DNA of 63,618 nucleotides, filler included, from Octopus bimaculoides (lineage: Eukaryota), in assembly GCF_001194135.2 (NCBI RefSeq). It is 4 parts of 4 records of this genome, joined end to end, with 100 filler letters (N's around TTAATTAATTAA, not from the genome) between each part and the next. Parts side by side here need not be neighbours in the genome. Positions count along the whole stretch, not along the records: positions 1 to 31,813 come from NC_068989.1; 3 more parts are not named here. One strand, 5' to 3'. Every line of letters begins with the position of its first letter. Position 1 is the first letter of the stretch. This document shows positions 13,441-25,369 of this stretch, one piece after another. A model generated the notes under the pieces. It ran no database searches, was not told where the DNA came from, and saw only the letters and a list, made by a program, of their open reading frames with translations. Position numbers and translations under genes: made by a program.

Positions 13441-14200
13441 NNNNNNNNNNNNNNNNNNNNNNNNNNNNNNNNNNNNNNNNNNNNNNNNNNNNNNNNNNNN
13501 NNNNNNNNNNNNNNNNNNNNNNNNNNNNNNNNNNNNNNNNNNNNNNNNNNNNNNNNNNNNNNNNNNNNNNNNNNNNNNNNNNNNNNNNNNNNNNNNNNNN
13601 NNNNNNNNNNNNNNNNNNNNNNNNNNNNNNNNNNNNNNNNNNNNNNNNNNNNNNNNNNNNNNNNNNNNNNNNNNNNNNNNNNNNNNNNNNNNNNNNNNNN
13701 NNNNNNNNNNNNNNNNNNNNNNNNNNNNNNNNNNNNNNNNNNNNNNNNNNNNNNNNNNNNNNNNNNNNNNNNNNNNNNNNNNNNNNNNNNNNNNNNNNNN
13801 NNNNNNNNNNNNNNNNNNNNNNNNNNNNNNNNNNNNNNNNNNNNNNNNNNNNNNNNNNNNNNNNNNNNNNNNNNNNNNNNNNNNNNNNNNNNNNNNNNNN
13901 NNNNNNNNNNNNNNNNNNNNNNNNNNNNNNNNNNNNNNNNNNNNNNNNNNNNNNNNNNNNNNNNNNNNNNNNNNNNNNNNNNNNNNNNNNNNNNNNNNNN
14001 NNNNNNNNNNNNNNNNNNNNNNNNNNNNNNNNNNNNNNNNNNNNNNNNNNNNNNNNNNNNNNNNNNNNNNNNNNNNNNNNNNNNNNNNNNNNNNNNNNNN
14101 NNNNNNNNNNNNNNNNNNNNNNNNNNNNNNNNNNNNNNNNNNNNNNNNNNNNNNNNNNNNNNNNNNNNNNNNNNNNNNNNNNNNNNNNNNNNNNNNNNNN
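13441..14200. other. Assembly gap (N run) flanked by (TA)n
   Basis: Run of N. Other gaps at 25535-25702, 27309-28050, 29446-29651, 51106-52028 and 54469-55050. Confidence 0.99.
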
Positions 14201-14243
14201 ATATATATATATATACATACATACACACACACATATATACACA

Positions 14244-14476
14244 CAGGGATGGCCAAAAATCACCCAACAGTACATGCAAACCATTTAATTCCAGGATTTA
14301 TTTATGTTTAACAACTGAATGAATTTACTAAAAGCATCAAAATATGAAACATTATGAAAATTGTTCAAACTGAAGTCCTTCTTGAGCGACACATTTTCTC
14401 ATTCGAGTCAATACAGAATTACAGATGGTATTTATGAAATTTTGATTTACTGTCAGGTGGCTTTTGGCCAACCCTG
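14244..14476 (-). mobile_element. Tc1/mariner-derived miniature element (TIRs plus transposase C-terminal remnant)
   Basis: TIRs CAGGGATGGCCAAAAATCACCCAACAGT / ACTGTCAGGTGGCTTTTGGCCAACCCTG, with TA on the right. Internal INTICNSVLTRMRKCVAQEGLQFEQFS* matches the RxxxCxxxxGxxFE terminus. Confidence 0.7.
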
Positions 14477-15164
14477 TATATATAGCTTGTTCTACAGTAT
14501 AAAGCAGATCATGTGTAGGGAGGTCTTCAACTAACAATAAATGCATTTCACGCTTTCTCTTCACCCACAAAACAAAAATCTTTAGAAATAATAATAACAA
14601 TGATGATGATAATAAATGAATAAATGAATGAATAAATAAAATAAAAGAATAAGCAACACAAAAACTGCCCAAGTACTTCAGCTTTTTCTTCTATTTGATG
14701 TTATTACTTTTCAGTTTCTTCCTTCAGCCATAATGGCTTTCACCACCACCACCACCACCATCACAATCTTTCTCAGTAACCATATCACCGTTGCCACAAC
14801 GACTCACCACCACCACTGCTACCCCTCCAGCAACACCATCATTCCACCATACATATCCATATTTTCTGTTGGTCATCAATAAAACATAATTCTATGTGCT
14901 TTGATATACGGCTTTCCTTCTGTTGGTTGAGCTGTGATGGATGCAAAGTGATGCATGGTGCTGCGATGGGAAGAGAGGCCGAGCCAAAAACCATTCATTT
15001 CTCACGGACATCAACTTAGGCACACATGTCTTACACACTTGAACATATACACGTTTCTGCATGCACACACACATTCATATGTATATGTGCATGTCGGCAT
15101 GTGTGTGTGCACGTGCTTTTGTGTGTGTGTGTGAGTGTGTTGGTATATATATATACATATATAT

Positions 15165-15315
15165 ATCATCATCATCATCATCATTTAACATCCACTTTCC
15201 ATGCTGGCATGGGTTGGACGGTTTGACTGAGGACTGGCGAGCCAGAAGGCTGCACCAGGCTCCAATGTGACCTGGCAGAGTTTCTACAGCTGGATGCCCT
15301 TCCTAATTCTGACCA
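15165..15315 (-). mobile_element. RTE-tail short repeat (family D)
   Basis: (CAT)n-TTTAACATCCACTTTCCATGCTGGCATGGGTTGG...CTGGATGCCCTTCCTAA. Confidence 0.75.
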
Positions 15316-15400
15316 TTTATATATACGCATAAACATATACACAAACACACAATATATATATATGATTATATAGATATGTATATATATATATGTATATACC

Positions 15401-15455
<55 letters not shown>

Positions 15456-16187
15456 AATCCAAAAAACGAAGATGAAGAAATGCAAAAAACACAACAATGT
15501 GAGTACATGGTACTTGTAAAGTATTATCAGATGCTCAGGGAAGGAAAGAATGATGGCTTAACATTTCAAGCTCTTCAGAAAGAGGGGAAAGTCCAATAGA
15601 AAAGGGAGATGGAGGAAGAAAATTGCCAATTCACATGTGGTTACAAATTGATAGATATGTATGTATGTAGATGTTTGTGTATACATATAAATATATATAC
15701 ATATGTATATATTTCTATGGGTGTGTGTATATACATATATTATGTGTGTATGTGTATATAGACATATACACACATACATATGAAAGTAAAACTAAATAAC
15801 AAAGCAACAATATAAACACTGAATTTTAATAAATAAATTTCTAAATAAATAGATAACTAACGAAATAAATAAATAAACTGGCAGAGCTCTTGAAATTCTA
15901 TCATAAATATTTCATTATTTTCTGTCATAAATTTAAAATTTCTGGAATGAGAGAAAACATGAAACCCAACTGGTTGCAACTGAACACTTAACATCAAGTC
16001 CAGATTTTTTTGGCTTTTTCTTCTTTTACTTTTTGTCTTTTTTAAAGGAAAATAATGTTTCTCTTTCTGCTTACATCAGTTTCACAAATCATTTTTTCAG
16101 TCTGCAAAGAAATGGCTAAAATTTGCCTTGTTTATAATTATACCATATGTTACACACACACATATATTACTGGTGAAGGCCTGTTCA

Positions 16188-16248
16188 TAGGGTTACCCTT
16201 GGGTTTCTTGCAATAAAAAGCATCTTTACGGTGTATCATCAGACCCTA
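16188..16248 (-). ncRNA. Type I hammerhead-like ribozyme
   Basis: Minus strand: TAGGGT-CTGATGA-[28 nt]-GAA-ACCC(AA)GGGT-A-ACCCTA. Canonical core, perfect 6-bp stem I, 4-bp stem III, predicted cleavage after GUA (16194/16193). Stem II is weak. Confidence 0.65.
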
Positions 16249-16345
16249 AAACTTGTTGACCTATGGCCTCTTTAATGTATGGAGGGGGAAATGAACTGTA
16301 TATAAACAATGGGAGTTATCTCCCTTTTCTGGTGGTCATCAGCTT

Positions 16346-16445
16346 CCAGCTATGCCGCCCTCTTTCAGCTATGCTGCCCTCTTTCAGCTATGCTGCCCTC
16401 TTTCAGCTATGCTGCCCTCTTTCAGCTATGCTGCCCTCTTTCAGC
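16346..16445. repeat. 19-bp tandem repeat x5 (TCAGCTATGCTGCCCTCTT)
   Basis: Four exact copies, one 2-mismatch copy and a partial unit. Confidence 0.95.
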
Positions 16446-16616
16446 AGTGAGGGTAGAAGGTAAGGGGTTATCTCCCACTCTCATGAGCAATCAGTTTCCT
16501 GCCATGGTGTAAATATTATCACTTATGCCGCTATTATTGTTATGTGATTCCCAAAACATTAATAGGAATTTCCTGAAATGCAAGCACAGCCTGAAAATCT
16601 CCGTTCTGGAGTTTTG

Positions 16617-17425
16617 TATGTTCCCTGGTACATGCAAACCAGAATCTTGCAATATTACATTATTCGCTTAGTTTTACATGTTTCTACTTTTATCCCCTGC
16701 AAAGTATTCTCCATTTGAAGCAATGCATCGGCCCAAGCACGTTTTCCACTGTTTGAAGCAGTGCCAGAACTCTTGCAAAGTGATTCCTTTTAATGCCTTC
16801 AATGTTTTTTTCTTGATGTCTTCCACATCTGCAAATTCCATAGCACCAGCTTTTCTCACCTGTGATGACCTTTGAAAAAAGGTCAACTCCCAACTCTTCT
16901 TTCAGTTCACAACACACATTCACTCATGACTGCTTTTGATCTTCCGTGACCAAGCGAGGCACACATTTTTGCTGCAGCTCTTTTCATTCACAATTCCTCG
17001 CTCAAAATTCGTTGGTAGGAGTTCCAGGAGACACCAATCAAATCAACACTGATGGTCCTCCAAGATCAGTTCATTAAGAAAGTTGGTCTTCAAGAAGCAA
17101 ATTACCATTCCTAAAGTGTGGAAACCACTCGTAAACTTGTGTTTTACTCATGGCAGCATCTTTGTTAGTTGTTTGAAGCATGGCAACTGTTTCGGCTGCT
17201 GTTTACCCCAGCTGAAAACAGAATTTCATGGAAGCATGCCATTCCTTCATTTCAGCCATTGCAAAAATTGACAAACAGGGGAGAAGCACTGCAAAACAAA
17301 GACGTACCCTGTGGCAGACTGATGTCCAAGGGTTGCATGAAGTGACTTCGAGTGGCAGAAGCTCAAACTACAATGGGCTTGTCCCACAGAGGACGTTTCC
17401 GGTTACTTTTAGGTACCCCCTCATA
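16617..17425 (-). mobile_element. Mariner element, internally deleted or decayed
   Basis: C-terminus EFADVEDIKKKTLKALKGITLQEFWHCFKQWKTCLGRCIASNGEYFAGD. Right TIR TTCCGGTTACTTTTAGGTACCCCCTCA-TA, left TIR degenerate. Confidence 0.75.
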
Positions 17426-20264
17426 GTTTTTTCTTACACTGTCTGTTGTAATAATTATAAGTGTTTTAGAAAATTTTGGCCCCCAAAATCTAGATGTACA
17501 TTATACATGGTAGTATGTTATATATGGACTTCTATGGCCCGCTATGTTACTAAGTAGAGATGATTTCCTCATGTCACATATAACACCAGATAAGCATCTC
17601 CACAAGAATAATGTAGCATTGTTAAAAATACTTGTGGTATAGCTTTTCTGTTGTAAAACAAAATGTGACATTGTGTCATAAAGTGACATCATGGAAGTTA
17701 TTTTCCTGAATTCTACATAAATGCCAAGAAATAGTTTGGCATATTAAATAATTTACTAAATAAAAATTATGAGTTTTTCAGAGTGGAGCATTCTAGTGGA
17801 AATTATTCTCTGACTTAGTGCCAAATTCTTATGTTCAGAAGAATAACTAATGTTTAATGTTCATCATAAATTCTTCCCCTTAAAGTGGCTGCTTGTGTAC
17901 ATAATAATTAAATGTTTTCATCAGAAAGATTTTTGAAATTTTATGTGCATGGGTATATAATAAATTGCTAAATATTTTGAAACAGCTAAATTTGTATTCA
18001 TTCATAATGCACAATGAATGTTATGTTAGGTCACATGTTGCTACTTGGAGAAAAGATTACAGAAATCTTCCATAAAAGTAAGGAGAGAAATGTTGACGGT
18101 GAGGGGGGGGGAGAATTAAGCTAAAATAACTGATTAGTTTGCTTTTCTAGCTATTCATCCACTTTAGTAATCTGCTAGTGAATAATCTGTCCTTGTATAA
18201 CCCCTTGTAAAAGTAATTCATTTTCTTGTGTTCTTCAGCAGGTTCTGAGACTGGTGGGTAGGTGGGATGGAGAAAGCAGGGGAAAAATACTCAAACTTTG
18301 GTTTAAATTACTCTCATACAGCACCTTCTCATCTTTTCTTCACTGCCTACCATTATGTAAAGTGCATGATTTATCAAGCTTAAGTATCTTTCATACAATA
18401 TGCATCACATTAGCTTTCTATTTTTCGATCAACGGATAGACCTACGGGTCATTTGCTAAATGGATATACATTAATGTCAGTTATATTTTCCTTCTTGTTA
18501 CTTACTAATTTAGACAAATGTATCAGAAAGTTTCCCGCTAGAAAAAGTAACACCTTCACTTTACACATCGTTTCCAAAAGCCTTTCAGGAAAATATTTCA
18601 AAATGAATCCAAGTTTTGTTGTTACTTAATGCCTTTCTACTATTTAACAATCAGCCAACACTTGCAAGCAAAATGACTTTTCACTTTTGCTAAATATTAA
18701 TGAAACATGAGCTTGTATTCTACACTTTTCCAGAATAGAACGCTAAGTTGTTTCAATTATTTTAGCAAGTAAATGTCTTCCCAAACAGAAAGAACCTCAC
18801 TCAAAAATATTCTGTAAATTTTGTTGTTGTGGTTGTTTTACTTTGACACATCATTATTTCATGCAAACTACCCATGGTTCAATGCTTAGGATACTGGATT
18901 CCTGATCATGAGTTCGATTCTTTGACTGAGTAATGTGATATATTGTAGCTCAAGCAAAGCTAGTCCTTCCAAGTTGCTCTGATGTGCTCAACTGAAAACA
19001 AACGCCAGATGACTATTGGTGCAGCCTTGTTTCTTTCCAACTAATTGCATCCTTGATGTTCTGCAAGGTCCAAGTGAAAGGGCCAGGAGGCTGTCTTTCT
19101 GCTTGCAACAAAATAGAAACTTTAAAATAATTAGTGAAAGCATGGTACAACTAGCCATAGCCACTGGTCTTAGTCAGTCAAGGTAGAAGACAATGATACA
19201 TTTCTCCATTTTATGCATTCCCACAACCGTTATCCAGTGTTACAAACTGTCAATTCATCAAAATAAATAAATAAAAGAGAAAAAAAATACAAAATCAAAA
19301 AAAAAAAGACATTCTAAAGAAGACTTGCTGATAGAAACAATGTTTACACTGAAGAGACTCCAAAAAATGTGTTTTTAGCAAAACAAGTTCCACTAATGAA
19401 TTTAATTAATACATAAAATTTTGCTAATTATAGTTAGATTAGTTTTTTTAAATTATTATTTCCATGTAAGTATTCATTATTAGTTGTTGATTAGATTGTA
19501 CGCAGTGTATGCTGTTTGTTCAAGTAAATCAATTAATTTCATTATTTATTAAGTGGATTAAATTAGCTTTCCCCCCAAAAAGAAAAGAAAATGCTTAGCT
19601 GTGTCTGAAGAATGCAATTCACCTCAGTAGGAGGTATCGGGGGGGGGGGGGATAACTGACACTAGCAGAACTCCATGAATACCAGTTCCAAAAACAAACA
19701 AATAAACAAACCATCTAATCTTAGATAAAATTCCCAAATTATAAATTTAATGTTATCATTTCTCACAAAACAATCTTTTTTTAAATTTTTTATGAGCTTC
19801 AGAAATAAAATCTGCATAATACATCCATGTTAAGTACGAGATAAAAATTGGTATTTCATATTAATACTGCTTCCATTTGCTAATATTTATTTCTAACAAG
19901 CCTGCTGGTTATCAGTGATTGAATAGCCACTATTTTTCTATATATTGTTGTCAGTGGGATTTGGCAGGCTTGTGGTGAGTAGATACCTGCTACTGATGGA
20001 GTACATGTATGCTGAAATCATGGTCTAGCAGTCCTGCCACTCATGATTCGCATCTGCTAACAATAGATGCCTGTAGTTCTTAGCACATTACATGCCTCTT
20101 ATGAGAGGATCTCTCAAGGCAAATACCAGACAAATATAATATTCTAACAACACACCCACATTAAGTAAGATATAAAGATTGCCATTTGCTAATGTTTATG
20201 CTTTATCTATTTCCTTGTTCTTAATCATAAAATTATTTCATTTCATTTCTAATTATTTCGTTAA

Positions 20265-20480
20265 AGCAATGGAGCTGACAGATTCCTTACCATGCCAGAG
20301 GAAATGGTTAGTGGCATTTGTTCTGGCTTTATGTTCTGAGTTCAAATTCTGCCATGGTCGACTTTGTCTTTCGTCCTTTTCAGAGTGTATGAAATAAATA
20401 CCAGTTGAGCAGTGGAGGGGGGGGTGTAATCGACTGTCCCCTTCTCCTCAAATTTCAGGCTTTCTGGCTATAATGGAAAG
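20265..20480 (+). mobile_element. SINE family A copy
   Basis: GCAATGGAGCTGACAGA...GTTCTGAGTTCAAATTCTGCCATGGTCGACTTTG. Confidence 0.65.
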
Positions 20481-20657
20481 GATTGTCAGTTCAGTGACAA
20501 TTGTTTAACTCGAGATTTGGTCTGAGACCATAGTACCAAGACTAAAACACTAACCATGAAAGAGGCAACAATTGGTAGAAACCGATGAGTATCAGGCAAA
20601 ATACCTTGTGGTATTTGTTTGAAATTTTTATATTTCAACTTATCTTCCTAAGCTCAA

Positions 20658-20975
20658 TCATCATCATCATCGTCATCATCATCATCATCATCATCATCGT
20701 TTAACGTCCGCTTTCCATGCTGGCATGGGTTGGACAGTTTCACTGAGGGCTGGCGAACCAGAAGGCTTCACCAGGCTCCAATCCAATCTGGCAAAGTTTC
20801 TACAGCTGGATGCCCTTCCTAACGCCAACCACTCCGAGAGTGTAGTGGGTGCTTTTTACATGCCACTGGCACAAGTGCCAGTCAGGTGGTACTGGCGTTG
20901 GCCACGCTTGAATGGTGCTTTTAATGTGCCACCGGCATGGGACCAGTCAGCCAGCATTGGCATCGACCACACTCG
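20658..20975 (-). mobile_element. RTE-tail repeat (family D) with start of minisatellite
   Basis: (CAT)n tail, conserved D body, GTGCCACTGGCAC units. Confidence 0.8.
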
Positions 20976-21294
20976 AAGGCATTGAATAAAATCGTTTGTG
21001 ATATTAGTTTGGATGTTTTTTGTAATCTCCTGAGTGTCTAAAAGTAGCTGTTATAGACTCATCTGTTTCTGACTAAAGACTATCTTAAAAACCATGAAAA
21101 AACTCGAATGAAGTTAAATAGAACACTACTTATTCACTCTCTTGCTTTGGACAACAAATTTAGTTTCGGGCATTATAAAATGCACCTTAGTGAATGATAC
21201 AGTTAGATAGACCTGCCCAACACATGCCAGCATAGAAAAACAGACAATGAGGAAGAAGAGGAGGAGGATGTTGATGGTAGTGATAATAATGATA

Positions 21295-21340
<46 letters not shown>

Positions 21341-21409
21341 CAAGAACAACAGTGTCAGCATTGGCAGCAGGCAAAACTAAAAATACTTGTGATTCGTTCT
21401 TTGGAAGTG

Positions 21410-21457
<48 letters not shown>

Positions 21458-21460
21458 TAG
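21295..21460. repeat. (GAT)n plus (GT)n(GA)n microsatellites
   Basis: Directly visible. Confidence 0.9.
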
Positions 21461-22664
21461 GGTGTACATAGATAAATGAAGTTAAGAAAAGAAAGCATTT
21501 ACCAATCAATTGTGTGAATATTTAAGCCAAGCTATAAGTTGGTATGTTTCCTAATTTATGCAAAAATAGTTTTGAGTTCTTCATGTTTTTGCTATTTATT
21601 GGAAATCCTGAAATAACTAACCATTGATTGGTGTATTTTTAAGTTAGATTTTTGAAATTACAATTCTAAGTAGAACAGTTATTGAAAACCTATCGCTAAC
21701 CTTGTTATTTTTGAATATTCTTGTCAAAGTTATTCATTAAATTTGTCAGTTTATATTGGAATGTGTACTAACAATGAAAAGAATAAATTCTTTTAAAAGC
21801 ATTATAAAGTAATAGAATGGTTCATTTCCAAATATTCTCATATTTGCCTTTTTTTTTTTCTTTGAAATTTATCCATGTTAAATTTCTTAATCTCTGATTT
21901 GTCTTTTATCTGTCTACCAATCTTATCTTGCAATTTATTGGAATTTGTTTAACTATTCCTTAGAAATATCAAATCATCTGCATCAAGTTCTAGCATTTAT
22001 TTAGGTTTTTTTTTTGAAATTTTGTTGGTGTTTATTTGTTTATTGTTCTCTTTCCTTGTTTTCATTTGCTTTTGAACTTATTATTAAGCATTGTTTCCGA
22101 ATATTCTTTGCATAATTTAGTATATCTTCGTTGATATCTAAACATTAAGATACTTAAGTGTCGGTATTCTATATGCATGATCATTATCATTTATCATTTA
22201 TAAAACTATGCTAAGAAAACAAATAAAAACAACAACCCAATAACTTGATAGCTTAAATTATTTCCAAATTGTTGCTGTCATAAAATTCTGCTTTTAGTAA
22301 GCACTTTACCAAACTACTGATCTCTTTGGCATAACCACAAGGCACATTTATCCAATTACAAAGAGAAATAGGATGACAAAGCTATTCATCACTTCTACAT
22401 CTGTTATTTCCATGCTGATATGGGTTGAGAGAGACTTTTTGAGGTCATATTCTACAGCTGGATGCCCTTCTTCATGCCAACTCTTCCTTCTACTTTTGTT
22501 TGGTTCTCAAGTAAGGTATTTTTCTAGTCTTTGTGCATAAAATCACCAAAATGTCAAACATAAATGATTTTAATGGAACATAAACAAACTTCACTGCTAC
22601 CAAAGTAGTGATAATGTAAAGAGATACAGACACACACACACAATATATGTGTGTGTGTGTGTGT

Positions 22665-24390
22665 GTGCATCATCATCCTCCTCATTTAATGTCCGCTCTC
22701 CATGCTTGCATAGGTTAAACAGTTTCACTGGAGCTGATGAGCTGGAGAGAGTTGCACCAGGTTCCAGTCTCCTTTGGCATCGTCTTCTACATCTGGATGC
22801 CCTTCCTAACAATGCCAACCATTCCAGGAGTATAATGGGTTTTTTTTATGTGCCACTAGCATGGGTACAATTTACATGATGCAGGCAACAACCATGACTA
22901 TGATTCAAGGGTGGGGGCCATTTACATGGCACTGGCAGTGATCACAACTACGATTCATGGGTACCATTCGCATGGTACCTACAATGACCATGAGTCACAG
23001 GTGCCATTTACATGGCACCACCAACGACCGCAATTCCAGGCTGTCAATTGACATGGTACAGTCGATGACCATGACTACAATGCACTGGTGCCATTTACAT
23101 GAAACCAGCTTTGACCACGACGATTCACAGGTGCCATTTACATGGTACCATCTACAACTACAAAGCATGGATGTCATTTACATGGCATGGGCAGCCACCA
23201 TGACCACGAGTCACAGGTGCCATTTACATGGCACCAGCAATGACATGACTACGATGCATGTGTGCCATTTTCATGACACTGGCACCAACCACAATGTTCA
23301 AAGATCATGCTTTACTACCTCATCCCATGTCTTCCTGGGTCTAGATCTTGCACAGTTTCCCCCCACAGTTAAAGATCAGCATTTCTTCACACAGCTGTCC
23401 TCATCCATACACATCATGTGACCATATCAGTGCAGTTGTCTCTCTTGCACACCACATCTGATGCCTCTTATGTCCCTCTGAAGACGCTTGCACTTTGTTG
23501 CACATGCACACTGACATTGTACATCTAGTGAAGCATACTAGCTTCATTTCTTAAAAGCCTACGCATGTTCTCACCAGTCACAACCGATGTTTCGCTGCCA
23601 TGTAACTTAGCTGTTCACACACAAGCATCATACAGTCTGTTTTCACTCTGAGGGAGAGGTCCTTTGTTGGCAGCAGAGGTAGGAACTCTTTGAACTATGC
23701 CCATCCTATTCCTATTCTCATAGCTACATTCTCAGAGCATCCACCTCCACTGCTGACTTGGTCACCTAGATAACGGAAGCTATCTAGCTTACCCTGCTGG
23801 AATTTGATGGAGTCTATTTTCTGTACATTTGTGGTGTTTATTGCACATCTGCCACACACAAAGACTACTTTCCCTGTTGAACTCCCTCTGATCCCCTTGC
23901 ACCTCTTATGTGTCCATAGCTTACACTGGGCACATCTTATGGAGTTTCTACCTACGCCTTTTCTGCAGATTGAACAGGGCCTTCTACCTGAAGGCATTTG
24001 TGATTCGTCCACTTTCCTACTTACTAAGACTTTGGTTTTTGCTAGATCAATTCTCAAATGCCCTTTGATGCTAGACCTTGCTTCTACACCTGAAATTTCT
24101 TCTCTAGTTCTGGAAGAGATTTGGCTACGAGAACAAGGTCATCAGCATAGAGGAGTTCCCAGGGGTAGCCCATCTTAAATTCTGCTGTTATTGCCTGGAG
24201 GATTATGATGAACAGGAGGAGACTTGGGACTGATCATTGGTGACCCCCCCCCTAGTTGTATCCTGAATTTACTGTTATACTCATTGCCAAACCTCACCTC
24301 ACTGACAACATCCCTGTATATGACTTGTACAGCTCTCTCCAACCACTTGTCTATCCTTAGTTTCTGCATTGACCACCAGCTGAGGAACTA
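22665..24390 (-). mobile_element. RTE-clade LINE 3' portion: RT C-terminal region with PHD finger, 3' UTR minisatellite and (ATG)n tail
   Basis: QKLRIDKWLERAVQVIY...EV (RT), RIDLAKTKVLVS, CSIC-x10-CAQC-x4-H-x2-C-x14-CGRC, FRYLGDQVSSGGGC. D-type tail at 22.67 kb. Frameshifted. Confidence 0.8.
22870..23295. repeat. Minisatellite of ~40-45-bp units (GTGCCATTTACATGGCACC...GACCACGA...) in the LINE 3' UTR
   Basis: GTGCCATTTACATGG-like core recurs roughly eight times with divergence. Confidence 0.85.
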
Positions 24391-24399
24391 GCAGAGAAG

Positions 24400-24930
24400 C
24401 TTTGATTTGGTCATTCAACCATTCATTGACACCTGCATACCATCGGAAAAGTCAGCAAATTGAGTCAATGGGTTCTGCACAAACTTTCCCAATCTAATTG
24501 CATGCAGAGAGTGAATGTCTGCTCTTCTTTGCTGTCACGTCTCATGAATGAACCTCTTCCGGACCGAATAATGACTGATGATGAGAACGGGTTCTCCATG
24601 AAAGTGTCAAGTGCCAAAGGCAGTGGGCAGGGAAAGGAGAAACGGCAGCATCCCAGGCTAAAGGTCTTCATCCACATAAGGAGATCTACTCCTAACAAAG
24701 GAGATCTACTGTGACCAGCCTGAGTGGCTTCAGTCAGCGCCAGAAGGAAAACGACCATCTTTGATTTCAAGACGAAAGTTGTTCTTCCATCAGAATAATG
24801 CTCGGTCACATACAGCGAGGATGACATTCCAAAGGCTGGAGCAGTTTGAATGGGAAACGATGCCCCACTCACCATATTTGCTGGACAGTGTCCCATCTGA
24901 TTATTCTTTAATTCCGCACTCTTCACCTTA
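24400..24930 (+). mobile_element. Mariner transposase fragment (catalytic region) between two RTE pieces
   Basis: WVLHKLSQSNCMQRVNVCSSLLSR..EPLPDRIMTDDEN (WVPHEL...RIVTGDEKW) and FHQNNARSHTARMTFQRLEQFEWETMPHSPY..DSVPSDY (HDNARPH...HPPYSPDL). Confidence 0.75.
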
Positions 24931-25120
24931 ATTGATCTGCAGTTCTTTGTGCAGCTGTCTTCATCCATATTTCATCTCATGACCAAACTAGCACAGTTTT
25001 CTGTCCTGCATACAACATCTGATTACTCTTATGCCTAACTCTTCTCTCGATTCATTACGACTTTCTTCTACATACACACTGACATTGCACATCCAGTGGA
25101 GCATGCAAGCTTCATTCCTC
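24930..25120 (-). mobile_element. Second RTE C-terminal fragment
   Basis: Similar to 23370-23570 (MDEDSCTKNC = RMDEDSCVKKC region). Confidence 0.6.
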
Positions 25121-25337
25121 TGTTTGTATGTGTGTATTATTTATATATGTGTGTGCGTTCTAAAGAACAGCATCCTTTCTCTCTTTTTTTTTTTAATCCA
25201 AAGACCAATCATGTATATTTGAGTCTGAAAGATTGCTTGGAAGCATACAACATACTATACAAGCTTGTCTGGCCATTGCGTTTTCACAGTATGAAACTAA
25301 TATATATATACATACATACAGATAAGTGTGTGTGTAC

Positions 25338-25369
<32 letters not shown>

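Noticed and set aside
18130-19110. Candidate minus-strand exons: 18506-18537 (GNFLIHLSKL), SEPAEEHKKMNYFYKGLYKDRLF...*, ERQPPGPFTWTLQNIKDAISWKETRLHQ*
   Set aside because: They cannot be chained into a consistent frame and no family was recognised. An unannotated gene is not excluded.
16346-23295. CRISPR-like arrays at the 19-bp and ~44-bp repeats
   Set aside because: Head-to-tail units with no unique spacers, eukaryotic context, no cas genes.
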